The notes: generated from the letters alone by a model not told the origin. Positions 18,532 to 28,163 are shown, numbered from the stretch's first letter. The stretch: DNA of 64,000 bases from Candidatus Kaiserbacteria bacterium (GCA_016182485.1 JACPGH010000002.1:26608-90607); one strand, 5' to 3'. Numbers and translations: made by a program.

Positions 18532-19754
18532 TGCGCTTTATCTTCAGCCAGACGATAAATCGCTTCCGGCATCAATCTTTCGAGGCCTATCTCTTTCAAT
18601 TTGTCGCGCATCCGCAGGAGATCTTCTTTGGTAAGGTCCTTCTTCTCAGTATATTCTTTAGTGATTCGTGCCAGATCCTCTTCTGCCCAGATTGGCATCG
18701 TAAAGCTGACACCGAGCACTTCATCCAAAACCTCTGTTGCGGTTCTTGGTTTATCAACCAAGTCAAGCACTTCAGAGTAAACTTTTCCCTCCTTATACCT
18801 GAGTGCTACCACGGTAGAATCACGCACTGATGTCACAATAAGGGGACTGTGGGTACTTATGACAAATGATGCCTTCGGGAAGGCTTTCAAAAGATCTGAG
18901 AGTATCCTCCTCTGCATAGTCGGGTGTAGATGATTTTCCACCTCGTCAATTACGACAACGAAATTATCACGCTTATCGGTTGAGAACATATGTATTTGCC
19001 AAGCCAAGTCAATCATCGTGCTGATTCCACCTGATGCCGCATCAAGAAGGAACTCTCCACTGTCGCAGCAAAACACTATTTCTTGATCCCGGATCTCAAG
19101 TTTTCTAAAACCAAGACTTTTTGGCAGAACTACCTTAAGTACATTTTCAAAATCACGAAAATGCTGTAATAAATCCTCTCGTCCCGGCATAACTGGGTTC
19201 CCATAACCAAAGATATTCCAAGAAACCAGAATCTCTTTCATATGGTAGCTCGATGGAGCACCGCCGCCACCTGAGTAACGATTGCGTACGCTCTCTGATA
19301 TCCTCAAAAAAGCGTCCTCCTTACTAAAGGTTTGGCGCAGCGGCAGGCTGCCCAGCTGCTGATAATTGAATGTCGACCTGTGCGAGGGGATAAAGAATCC
19401 CTCCACATTTTGCTGCCCCCTTATAGTCAGAGTGTATTGTGCTTGCCCAACCAATGGTGCGTGAAGCACAGCTTTTACATCATCGTCATAGATAATTTCG
19501 CCAACATCGTCGCTTGATTTATCCAAGAGGCCCGAAAACCATTCGAGTGTGGAAGTAAGCAGATTCTTTCTAGGAACAGCAAGGCTCATAGAAGACCAAC
19601 CGAAGTGAGAAGCCAAAATGCTCTTGAGAATTGTGGTTTTCCCACTACCGTTGGCACCGGTAATGATAGTCATCCGCCGATGAAAAGGGATTTCAATATT
19701 CCCAAACTGTTGCCACCCTGTGATTTTCAGTTTCTTAAACATATGTTCAATCAT
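18528..19754 (-). CDS. ABC/AAA-type ATPase (Septu PtuA-like)
   Basis: Walker A GANGSGKT, ASGG signature, Walker B VVIDEVENHLHP and STHSP. Confidence 0.85.
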   Translation of the reverse strand: MIEHMFKKLKITGWQQFGNIEIPFHRRMTIITGANGSGKTTILKSILASHFGWSSMSLAVPRKNLLTSTLEWFSGLLDKSSDDVGEIIYDDDVKAVLHAPLVGQAQYTLTIRGQQNVEGFFIPSHRSTFNYQQLGSLPLRQTFSKEDAFLRISESVRNRYSGGGGAPSSYHMKEILVSWNIFGYGNPVMPGREDLLQHFRDFENVLKVVLPKSLGFRKLEIRDQEIVFCCDSGEFLLDAASGGISTMIDLAWQIHMFSTDKRDNFVVVIDEVENHLHPTMQRRILSDLLKAFPKASFVISTHSPLIVTSVRDSTVVALRYKEGKVYSEVLDLVDKPRTATEVLDEVLGVSFTMPIWAEEDLARITKEYTEKKDLTKEDLLRMRDKLKEIGLERLMPEAIYRLAEDKAQ

Positions 19755-19820
19755 TGTAACGCTTTTTAAGAATCCAGTACGCCTTATTTTCTATCGGTTG
19801 GAGTTTGTTTGTCATACAGA

Positions 19821-21374
19821 TTACGACACCCATTCCTCTCTTATTCTCCAATCAGTCCTTGGAAACATACTGAGATTAGAAGCCACCATTGTGCTACGCG
19901 GGTCGTCGAACGAGATCGTGACTGAAAACGATCCGTCAGCGTTACGTTTCGGTCGTGCAGAGGAGGCCTTGCTGTACATTTGATACTTTAATCGTAATTC
20001 GACACCATCGTCTTTCTTTTTGAACTTGTTCATTAGAACATCTATCTCATCAAGTGCAGCTCGAATTGTCTCTGGTTTGTTATCACCTAAGTAGTAGGTA
20101 CCATCATAAAGTGCTGCAGAACCACTTTGATTTTCGATTTTTTCAATCTCCAAGTACTTATTTTTTGACCAAAATGAACGTGAATATTTTTCTCCGTTAA
20201 ATAGTGGCGTATTACTTTTGATAACAAACTCGATTGCTCTATGGCCAGTTGCGTAGATGTAAAACAGACAGCCCTGAACTTCTTTGTCGAGTGTTGCTTG
20301 TTGCGCCTTGTGTTGAAGAGCAGAACTATTTCTCCTGAAGAGTATAGGAAACCAATAACCGATCCGGTTATATCTAGTTCCTCCTTGATCAAACGGTTTT
20401 CCATCAACTTTCCATTCGGTAGCAGCTTCATACGCAGCTAAATCACCGACATTCATTACCACGCCTTCTTCCTCCACCATAATATTTAGTCCCATTGTCC
20501 CCTCGTATTTCTTTCGCTCGAACATCGCATAATTTCCATTCGGGAAATGCATTTTGAATCCAGTAAGACCCTCATCCGGAGTTGACAGGAACTCAAGGAC
20601 TTCGAGGTCACGCATTATTCTGTATTTAGAGCCACTAGCTAGTCCCTTTCGTACTTGCTTATAAGTTATGAAGAACGCTGAATAAAAAGCGAAGCACCGA
20701 GAAAGCATATCTGACAACTTCTCAAGACTGATTGATCTGGCACCAATATCCGCACCTTCAATGATACGGAACTCTTCATCAGAGATCGTGTAGTCGGAAT
20801 GATAAAAGGCATTTCTTACTTCATTGTTGAAGAATCCGTCAATGATCTCCCCGATTCGTTCCTCGCCCGACGCAGCCGCCAATTCTTTTATGTAGCTGAT
20901 CTTTTGTCTTGGATATGGCAAATGTCGTCTTGGGAAAAGGCCTTCGGTTTTCCGTTCGACTGTAACCAAATGATCAAAAGGATACATTTTGTATGGTTGG
21001 TCCATACAACATCGCAGTAAGTTTGTTATGACTTCATATGGAGCTGACATTTCGGTTGAATGGCAGTAGAGAAATAGCGCCATTCTTAGCGCCCTCTTCT
21101 CTTGTCCTTTTCCCATTTTCCGCATCATTTTGCTGAAGTCCATTGCGGTATCTTCTGCTTCTACGAACGCATCCCAATGTCCGTCGGTGATTCCTTCTAC
21201 ACGAAGGATTGTGTAGAGATACGTAAAGCCATTTGTATCGCCAGCACGACTGAACAAATGATTGAAATATTCGAGATATTCATCTGTATATTTAGAGAGT
21301 AGGGTCGTGTCTCGTGCGCGCAACCATTTGCGAATCTTCTTTGTGGGCCAAGTCGCGATGTCTCTCATTTCCAT
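19821..21374 (-). CDS. Unknown protein with a HEPN-like RxxxxH motif (517 aa)
   Basis: Long AT-rich ORF starting 2 nt after the hsdS stop; helical N-terminal half ends in 'EVRNAFYHSDY'. Confidence 0.7.
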   Translation of the reverse strand: MEMRDIATWPTKKIRKWLRARDTTLLSKYTDEYLEYFNHLFSRAGDTNGFTYLYTILRVEGITDGHWDAFVEAEDTAMDFSKMMRKMGKGQEKRALRMALFLYCHSTEMSAPYEVITNLLRCCMDQPYKMYPFDHLVTVERKTEGLFPRRHLPYPRQKISYIKELAAASGEERIGEIIDGFFNNEVRNAFYHSDYTISDEEFRIIEGADIGARSISLEKLSDMLSRCFAFYSAFFITYKQVRKGLASGSKYRIMRDLEVLEFLSTPDEGLTGFKMHFPNGNYAMFERKKYEGTMGLNIMVEEEGVVMNVGDLAAYEAATEWKVDGKPFDQGGTRYNRIGYWFPILFRRNSSALQHKAQQATLDKEVQGCLFYIYATGHRAIEFVIKSNTPLFNGEKYSRSFWSKNKYLEIEKIENQSGSAALYDGTYYLGDNKPETIRAALDEIDVLMNKFKKKDDGVELRLKYQMYSKASSARPKRNADGSFSVTISFDDPRSTMVASNLSMFPRTDWRIREEWVS

Positions 21375-21376
21375 AG

Positions 21377-22942
21377 CTAAGCCATTATTTTCTGCAAGCA
21401 CTGAATGTTTTCTCGCATTTCTTGGACTTTCTCCACTATCCGTTTCTGCTCAGCGAGAGGAGGGAGCGGCATCGGAATTGGGTAAACACTTATTCCTGAA
21501 ATGACCGGTTGCGCGGAGCCTCGATGGGAGGATCTTAGATTTAAATAATTCAGAACGAGCAAAAAGAACTCCTTATCTAAAAAGTTTTCTGGATAACTAA
21601 CTATAAATGCATTGTCAGTTACCCACGCGTCAGATTCTGTAATATAAGCAGTGCCGCAAAGAGCGCCCACACGCCCTATAACAATCGTTCCCCTTGCTGC
21701 GTTAGAGGATGAGTGACGACCTGCTATGCCATTCCCTCCATAGACGAGATATGGTCCTTCAATGGCCTCGCTAACTTTCAGGGAATCGCCTGAGGATATG
21801 TTCATAACATCTCCAAGGCGAACCCACCTCCACGAAGCTGGGATATTAAATGGCGTGTCTGATGCACTAACAGGAGGAAGAAGTTTTGTTGTTTTGCGTT
21901 TCCGACCGGTGCTTAAGGTCTTTAAGCGCTCTTCTCGAATCTTAAGTAGTAGCTCCTCAGCTGTACCTTCCTTGGCATTTTGCAGGACCAGCTTGCCAGA
22001 CACAGCAAGTGTGAGAACTGCGTTCTCGAGTTCTTTGATATCCGATGGTGATTTTACCAACTCAAATAGATACTGAAGAGGCAGTTTACTGTTGCCATCC
22101 CTGAGATCTCTCATCGCACTTCGTGTAAGACGTGTACGTACTGCGTCTCGTTCTTTCTTTTTCGCCTCTAGCTCGTCAAGGCTGCGCATTACGTCCTTGA
22201 TCTTATCCACCATTCGATCCTGCTCACCAGAAGGCGGTAGAGGTATCTCAATCAGAGGCAATGTGTCGCCATTAAGCGTACGCCCCTTAATGGCATTCGA
22301 CGTTCTTCCGGTTAAATCTAGCGCCGGTAATATATGAAATAAATAGTCTCGTAGAGTTTGGTCAGGACTTATGAACGCTGCAATCGCCTCGTTATGACAC
22401 GCGTCCATCTCTAAAATAGACATCTTACCGATGGTCAGCTTAAAACTAAAAAGCAGGGACCCCAGCGGGGCTTTATAACCACGGAATACTTCCTCCAAAG
22501 CAAGTTCGTTAATGGATTCTTTCGTGGAGTGAATTGTGCTGCCATTTATCAAGTCGGAAATGGAAACCCAAGGAGTGTCTGCGGCTGACCAATACTTGGA
22601 TTCAACGCGCGGCGGTGTTTTCCCCACGCGAAACTCGACGATGTCACCAAGTCGAACCCATTTCCAAGAAACCGGGACCTCAAATGGTACCTCTGTCTGA
22701 TCGACAGGTAATAAAGATTCTTTTCTGCGTCTTCGACCATTCTCGGCAACACCCCGCTGCAATCGTTCACTCTGAATCTTCGCATAGAGCTCTTCTCCCG
22801 TGCCTTCCTTCGGGTCGTGCGGAACTAGCCGTCCAGAGACGGCAAGGGTGAGGACTGCTTTACGAAGACGCTCTATGCCGTCAGGCAACTCTAGAAAGTC
22901 ATCTAGGTTTGCGACGATTGTACGTACATCATTTAGTTCCAT
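21377..22942 (-). CDS. hsdS: Type I restriction-modification specificity subunit
   Basis: Two TRDs with 'PFEVPVSWKWVRLGDI' / 'PFNIPASWRWVRLGDV' and 'PLPPSGEQ' / 'PLPPLAEQKRIV'; start at ATG 22942, overlapping hsdM. Confidence 0.92.
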   Translation of the reverse strand: MELNDVRTIVANLDDFLELPDGIERLRKAVLTLAVSGRLVPHDPKEGTGEELYAKIQSERLQRGVAENGRRRRKESLLPVDQTEVPFEVPVSWKWVRLGDIVEFRVGKTPPRVESKYWSAADTPWVSISDLINGSTIHSTKESINELALEEVFRGYKAPLGSLLFSFKLTIGKMSILEMDACHNEAIAAFISPDQTLRDYLFHILPALDLTGRTSNAIKGRTLNGDTLPLIEIPLPPSGEQDRMVDKIKDVMRSLDELEAKKKERDAVRTRLTRSAMRDLRDGNSKLPLQYLFELVKSPSDIKELENAVLTLAVSGKLVLQNAKEGTAEELLLKIREERLKTLSTGRKRKTTKLLPPVSASDTPFNIPASWRWVRLGDVMNISSGDSLKVSEAIEGPYLVYGGNGIAGRHSSSNAARGTIVIGRVGALCGTAYITESDAWVTDNAFIVSYPENFLDKEFFLLVLNYLNLRSSHRGSAQPVISGISVYPIPMPLPPLAEQKRIVEKVQEMRENIQCLQKIMA

Positions 22943-24374
22943 TGTGCGAGAGGGCGCCCTCCAAAAGCGCTCTGATTTTATCCAGTGCTTTCTTGGTTTC
23001 CTCCTGCTTGGTGCGATAGGTAGCAAGAAGCTCTTCAGGGGATTCGACCAATTCCTTCGGGGCACGAGGATTTTTAATATCAAGGTTGTAGTTCCTTGCC
23101 CGGATCTCGTCGATGGATACTTTCCACGCCTGTCCGTTTTCTTCGCGATTGTTCCACCACACCTTTTCCGGCGCGAACTCATCAACGCTCATAGGATTCG
23201 TCATCGAGTAAGCCTTCTGTCCTTTCGGCAGCGGATGCTCGTAGTACCAGATCTCTTTGGTCGGCTCGCCCTTGGTAAAGAAGAGGAGATTCGTGGCTAT
23301 ACTGGTGTAAGGAGCGAAAACGCTCTTGGGTAAGCGTACGATGGTATGCAAATTACACTCCTCGAGGAGCATCTTCTTGAGTGCGGTTTTCATTCCTTCG
23401 CCAAAGAGAGTGCCGTCGGGTAGAACAACGCCGCAGCGGCCGTACTTCTTGAGCAATCGTACGATAAGCACGAGAAAGAGATCTGCTGTCTCTCGCGTTT
23501 GAAACTCGGTCGGGAAGTTCTTCTCGACGCCCGGCTCCTCTGTGCCGCCGAAGGGAGGATTGGTAACTATGCAGTCGATGCGGTCAGCGTCTGTATAGTC
23601 GCGCAGCGGCTTCTCGAGCATATTGCCGCGGCGCATTGTGACTGGCTCCTCAATGCCGTGGAGCATCATATTCGTGATGAGGAGCATATACGGGAGCGGC
23701 TTCTTCTCCACGCCGTGAATGCTTTGCTGGATTTTCGCTTCGTCTTTGACGGTCTTTACTTGTTTACGGAGGTGCTCAAGCGAGTTTACGAGGAATCCGC
23801 CGGTGCCGGCTGCCGGGTCAAACACCGATTCGCCAACCTTCGGGTCAATCATCTCAACAATGAATTGGGTAACGGCGCGAGGCGTATATAGCTCGCCGTA
23901 GTTCTTTGCGCTCTGAAGGCTCTTAAGAAGACGCTCATAGACCTCGTTGAAAGCGTGCCGATCCTTTGAGGTATTGAAGTCGATCTCGTTCACCTTGTTG
24001 ATGACTTGCTTCAGTAGCGTTCCCTTGCGCATAAAGTTGTTCACGTCTTGGAACGCCATACGCGTAAGCTCTGTACGCTGATTACCATTAGTCGGTAGTG
24101 CACGCAGAGCAGGAATTAGGTCTCCGTTTACGAAAGCAACCAACTGCTCACCGGTCAGCCCATCAAGCGGAGCGGCCCACGTGCGCCACTGATACTCTTT
24201 CGGCAGTGTTGGTGTATATTTTTCCTTCCGTATCTCCAGAGCCCTATCTTCGTCGTCAAGGATCTTCAAATAGATGAGCCAAACGAGTTGCGAGAGGCGT
24301 TGCGCATCTCCGTCTACGCCGATGTCTTGGCGCATTATGTCCTGTATGGCTTTGATGGTAGCGGGGGTGAACAT
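22929..24374 (-). CDS. hsdM: Type I R-M N6-adenine methyltransferase (EcoAI/EcoEI-like)
   Basis: IQDIMRQD-GVDGDAQR, YTPR, DPAAGTGGFL and NPPF motifs. Confidence 0.95.
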   Translation of the reverse strand: MFTPATIKAIQDIMRQDIGVDGDAQRLSQLVWLIYLKILDDEDRALEIRKEKYTPTLPKEYQWRTWAAPLDGLTGEQLVAFVNGDLIPALRALPTNGNQRTELTRMAFQDVNNFMRKGTLLKQVINKVNEIDFNTSKDRHAFNEVYERLLKSLQSAKNYGELYTPRAVTQFIVEMIDPKVGESVFDPAAGTGGFLVNSLEHLRKQVKTVKDEAKIQQSIHGVEKKPLPYMLLITNMMLHGIEEPVTMRRGNMLEKPLRDYTDADRIDCIVTNPPFGGTEEPGVEKNFPTEFQTRETADLFLVLIVRLLKKYGRCGVVLPDGTLFGEGMKTALKKMLLEECNLHTIVRLPKSVFAPYTSIATNLLFFTKGEPTKEIWYYEHPLPKGQKAYSMTNPMSVDEFAPEKVWWNNREENGQAWKVSIDEIRARNYNLDIKNPRAPKELVESPEELLATYRTKQEETKKALDKIRALLEGALSHNGTK

Positions 24375-24377
24375 ACG

Positions 24378-24524
24378 TTAGACGATATAGACATTATCGA
24401 GGAGTTCATCCAGCATCCGGAGATATTCATCCTTACCGCCAAAAAGAGAGACGAGTTCGTAATCCGTACCGAGAGAACGAATCGGCTCGAGAGTAAGAAC
24501 ACGTACGCTTTCAATATCCTTGAG
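24378..24524 (-). pseudogene. hsdR: Out-of-frame C-terminal tail of hsdR
   Basis: Reads LKDIESVRVLTLEPIRSLGTDYELVSLFGGKDEYLRMLDELLDNVYIV*, resembling the EcoEI-R C-terminal domain, and stops 3 nt before the hsdM start. Confidence 0.8.
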
Positions 24525-26718
24525 AGGCTACGTGCATAATGAGGTCGAACAGATCGAACTCACCACCTACTTGTTTCTGGAGCTCCTCAAGGGGGATTCC
24601 CGTGGCGTCGAGCTGGTCGATGATAGCTTGCCTGCGTTCGGCGGACTGCCAAGCCGTAAAGAAGCTCTCGAGGGTCGGATAGTGATTGAGAATATTCTTG
24701 CGCGTGAAGTCGGTCAGGGATTCGGTTATGAGCTTGCCGTCGGCACCCAAATACTGCACCTGTTCCTTTACGATGGCATAGGGAACGCCGCTTATCGTAT
24801 ATACCGGCGGCCGCCCGATAGGACCTCCTTCTCCGGGACCTGTGATGATCACATCCACGAGCTCGTCTTCCTTTTCTTTTACTTCGATTGGCTCATCTGT
24901 CGGATCTAGCTCTTTCAACACACAGTCGATGTCGTCGTTCTCTCCCACTTCAAACACGCGCTCAGGCACTCCGTCGAATCCGGGGTCAGCGAAAAGTTTC
25001 GTTACGCCCTGAAAATCCATTACCGTGAACCACATTTTGCCTTTATCCTCGCGCACGCGCGTGCCGCGGCCGATGATCTGCTTGAACTCGGTCATACTCT
25101 CAATCGGCTTGTCCAAGACGACGAGCTTGCAGGTTTGTGCATCCACGCCAGTCGAAAGAAGTTGCGAGGTCGTCGCGATTGTCGGGAAGCGCTCTTCCGG
25201 GTCAATGAAGCGGTCAAGCTGATTCTTGCCCTCCTCGTCGTCTCCGGTGATGCGCATTACGTAGCGCACGTTCTCCCGAGCGCGGTCGCCGCCCGCGTTC
25301 ACGAGCGCAGAGCGCATTCGCTCGGCGTGTTCGGTGGTACGACAGAAGACGATAGTCTTTGCGAACGGATCGTCAATCGCGTCCAAGTACTCGATTATCT
25401 TCTTGGCTACCAGCTCATCGCGCTGCGGGAAAATGACCGACTTGTTCACATCGCGAAGCTCATAAATGCGGTCTTCTACAGCATTCCCTTTATCATCCAG
25501 CGTCCCCGGAGAAGGTCGCCATCCGGTAATGTCGTTATCAAGAAGCACACGGAGCACCTTATAGGGAGCAAGGAATCCATCGTCAATCCCTTGTTTCAAT
25601 GAGTATGTGTAAATGGAATCTCCGAAATAATGAGTGGTACTGGTGTCAGTCGTCTCTTTCGGGGTCGCGGTCAGACCGAGGTGAGCTGCGCTCGTGAAGT
25701 GTTCAAGCACCTCGTGCCACTCACTATCAAGTGAGGCACTGCCGCGATGGCATTCATCTACAATAATGAGGTCGAAGAAGTCGGCGGGAAGTCTCTTATA
25801 AAGCTTATCCGGTTCTGTTGGTCCGCTCATAGCCTGATACAGACCGAGGAATATCTGATGCGACATCAGCTTGCCTAGATCGTCGAAGTCGGAGCGAGAT
25901 ATTTTTGTAAGCGCCTCACCGAAATGCTTCAGATCATTTATACGAGCCTGATCAACAAGGATGTTGCGGTCTGCGAGAAAGAGGACGCGCTTTGCGTTTC
26001 CAGACTTCCACAAGCGCCACATAATCTGAGCTGCGGTGTAGGTCTTACCCGTGCCCGTGGCCATAACGAGTAGAAGGCGTCTGCCGCCACGCGCGAAAGC
26101 TTCAACAGCTCGGTCAACGGCGATGCGCTGGTAGTAGCGAGCAAGTTTTATCCCGTCGCCATAGTATTCAGTCTCGACCGCTGAACGTACGGCCGTATTG
26201 TCGCCCTTCCACGCGAGATACCGCGCGTGAAGCTCTGCTGGTGCTGGGAAAGAATCAAGCTCGATCTTCTGTTCTGTCGAGGCAGATTGCCCTGTGCGAT
26301 CGTGAAAGAGGAACGCTTCGCCGTTCGTTGAAAATACAAAAGGCACCTCAAGTGCCGCAGCATAGCCAAGTGCCTGCTGCATACCCGCGCCGAGCGGTTT
26401 GCCGATGTGTTTCGCTTCCACTACGGCGAGAGGCATATTCGGCCGGTGTTCAAGCAGAAAATCGACCTTCTTCCGGTCCCCGCGCTTTACTGTTTTTCCG
26501 CTAACGTGAATACGCCCCTCTGTATAGGCGTACTCTTCCCGTATCTGAGTGTCAGCCCATCCCGAACGCACGATCGCCGGCCTAATCAGGCGATTCCGTG
26601 TTTCTTCCTCGTTTGCGGGTTCTGTGGGCAAGATAAGGCGTATTTTCCCACATTTTTCGTCTTCATTCAATGCTAATAAAAGCGTACTCCGAAATGTCCT
26701 AAGCAGCGATTCTGACAT
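24511..26718 (-). CDS. hsdR: Type I restriction subunit (EcoAI/EcoEI-like), C-terminally truncated by a frameshifting deletion
   Basis: VEAK nuclease motif, MATGTGKT, DECHR, GLTATP and QIIGRGTR; ends prematurely at 'HVASQGY*'. The true start may be TTG at about 26631. Confidence 0.9.
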   Translation of the reverse strand: MSESLLRTFRSTLLLALNEDEKCGKIRLILPTEPANEEETRNRLIRPAIVRSGWADTQIREEYAYTEGRIHVSGKTVKRGDRKKVDFLLEHRPNMPLAVVEAKHIGKPLGAGMQQALGYAAALEVPFVFSTNGEAFLFHDRTGQSASTEQKIELDSFPAPAELHARYLAWKGDNTAVRSAVETEYYGDGIKLARYYQRIAVDRAVEAFARGGRRLLLVMATGTGKTYTAAQIMWRLWKSGNAKRVLFLADRNILVDQARINDLKHFGEALTKISRSDFDDLGKLMSHQIFLGLYQAMSGPTEPDKLYKRLPADFFDLIIVDECHRGSASLDSEWHEVLEHFTSAAHLGLTATPKETTDTSTTHYFGDSIYTYSLKQGIDDGFLAPYKVLRVLLDNDITGWRPSPGTLDDKGNAVEDRIYELRDVNKSVIFPQRDELVAKKIIEYLDAIDDPFAKTIVFCRTTEHAERMRSALVNAGGDRARENVRYVMRITGDDEEGKNQLDRFIDPEERFPTIATTSQLLSTGVDAQTCKLVVLDKPIESMTEFKQIIGRGTRVREDKGKMWFTVMDFQGVTKLFADPGFDGVPERVFEVGENDDIDCVLKELDPTDEPIEVKEKEDELVDVIITGPGEGGPIGRPPVYTISGVPYAIVKEQVQYLGADGKLITESLTDFTRKNILNHYPTLESFFTAWQSAERRQAIIDQLDATGIPLEELQKQVGGEFDLFDLIMHVASQGY

Positions 26719-26743
26719 CGCGAATCACGCGGAGCCATTTCGT

Positions 26744-26980
26744 CTATGCAACGCGTATTTCGAGATCTTTGATATGTCGTGCTTGGTCGTCAAGTTCAGG
26801 TCGGACAACCTGGTCTATGCGTTGATGCACTTCATGCACGGCTGTTTCCAACTTATCCATGCGGCCTTCAAGTCTATCAAACCGTTTATCAACCTCGTCG
26901 AACCGCTCGTTCATTGCCGAGAATCCGTCCGCTACCATACGCGCAAGGCTATCAATATCATTTTCTTGCTCCTTGGCCAT
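26744..26980 (-). CDS. Small coiled-coil protein (78 aa)
   Basis: 'IDSLARMVADGF...RFDEVDKRFDRLEGRMDKLE' heptads; TAAGCT -10 box 7 nt before ATG. Confidence 0.75.
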   Translation of the reverse strand: MAKEQENDIDSLARMVADGFSAMNERFDEVDKRFDRLEGRMDKLETAVHEVHQRIDQVVRPELDDQARHIKDLEIRVA

Positions 26981-26989
26981 TGCCCATAG

Positions 26990-27193
26990 CTTACCACGAC
27001 AACCACGACCACCCTCACCGAAGCGCAGAAAATATACGATACCAATACAGACAACCGCATCGACGTGCTCGACTTCAATGCGCTCATCGTGCATTGGGGC
27101 GAGACGGGGGCGAATGCCGTTGCCGACTTCGACAAAAACGGAGTCGTGGACGTGTTCGACTTCAATTCATTAATGGTGCACTGGACCGCGTAA
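26990..27193 (+). pseudogene. Start-less dockerin-like (EF-hand duplicated) gene remnant
   Basis: Translates to LTTTTTTTLTEAQKIYDTNTDNRIDVLDFNALIVHWGETGANAVADFDKNGVVDVFDFNSLMVHWTA*; in-frame TAG immediately upstream. Not in the ORF track. Confidence 0.75.
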
Positions 27194-27226
27194 CCCCGTT
27201 AGAAATATAAGATTACATAAACAACT

Positions 27227-27988
27227 ATGAACACACAACCGAAAAAAATTTCTAACGGGGTGAAAAAGATACTTCTTGCATCCGCATTACTCGCAGCTCT
27301 CGTCCCTGTCGCCGCATTCGCTTCATCTATAACGCTTGCACCCGCGTCGGTTGCGACAACTGAAGGCAAGTCCTTTAGCGTCGCGGTCGCCGTAGATCCA
27401 GCTTCGGGGAAGGCGTACACGGCGCGCGCGAATCTCTCCTTCGACCCGTCGGCAGTAACTCTCGTCGGCTTTTCCTTCGCGCCGAAATGGATGCAGCTGC
27501 CTCAGGAAGGTTATGACCTCGAAGATAATGCCGGAGGCAAGCTCGCGAAGACGGGCGGCTATCCCGGAGGCATTACGACAGCCACAGTCCTTGGCACGGC
27601 TACGTTCCGCGCCAAGACCACTGGCGTTACGACCATCTCGGCAACGGGGGATTCGCTCATCCTAGATGCCAGCAATCAAAACGCGGTTTCCGGAGCGCAA
27701 GGCTCGGTGCGGGTTTCTATAGCGGCCGTGCCGGTCGCGCCGCAGCCCGCAGCGTCTACAGAAACCGCGCCCATTGTCTCGACTGCCGAAGCGGTGCCCG
27801 CCACCACGACGCTCGATCTGGCAGAAGCAGTCACCGAAGCTGGCACCGCAGTAGCGCTCTCGCCGCTCGATTCCTTTCTCACTCTCGGCACGGGCAGCGC
27901 CGCAGTCGCCTCGCTCGTAACGCTTATCGTCCTTCTCGTCGTTGGCGCTGGCATCTGGCTCTGGCGCCGCGAACGGGCTCGGTATTAA
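27227..27988 (+). CDS. Cohesin-like domain surface protein with signal peptide and C-terminal TM anchor
   Basis: 'FSVAVAVD...ANLSFDPSAV...LGTATFRAKTTG' beta-sandwich pattern, Ala/Pro/Thr linker, then TM + RRER. Confidence 0.75.
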   Translation: MNTQPKKISNGVKKILLASALLAALVPVAAFASSITLAPASVATTEGKSFSVAVAVDPASGKAYTARANLSFDPSAVTLVGFSFAPKWMQLPQEGYDLEDNAGGKLAKTGGYPGGITTATVLGTATFRAKTTGVTTISATGDSLILDASNQNAVSGAQGSVRVSIAAVPVAPQPAASTETAPIVSTAEAVPATTTLDLAEAVTEAGTAVALSPLDSFLTLGTGSAAVASLVTLIVLLVVGAGIWLWRRERARY

Positions 27989-28006
27989 TTTCGACCTCCG
28001 TCGCTC

Positions 28007-28071
28007 TTGTGAAGGTCAGACCTTCACAAGCTGTGAATCTGCAATGTCTTCTGTGAAGGTCAGACCTTCAC
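28007..28071. repeat. Palindrome doublet, left copy of a 65-bp direct repeat
   Basis: 21-bp palindromes at 28008 and 28052 with spacer AGCTGTGAATCTGCAATGTCTTC. Confidence 0.95.
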
Positions 28072-28163
28072 GACAAGGGGCCGTGTATCTTGACAAGCTT
28101 TATTAATTAGTATATATACCAGACCAGAGTGCGATCGTACAACCTCAATGCAAGGAGGCCATC

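Noticed and set aside
17959-21374. Retron (Ec78/Ec83-type) system
   Set aside because: ATPase + HNH are present, but the upstream protein has no RT motifs (no YADD/NAxxH/VTG) and there is no room for msr-msd.
22943-23185. N-terminal 81-aa extension of HsdS
   Set aside because: Overlaps hsdM in another frame; HsdS-like sequence starts at MELND (22942).
17900-27000. Prophage, IS or integrative element carrying the defence island
   Set aside because: No integrase, transposase, phage structural gene, terminal repeat or tRNA att duplication found.
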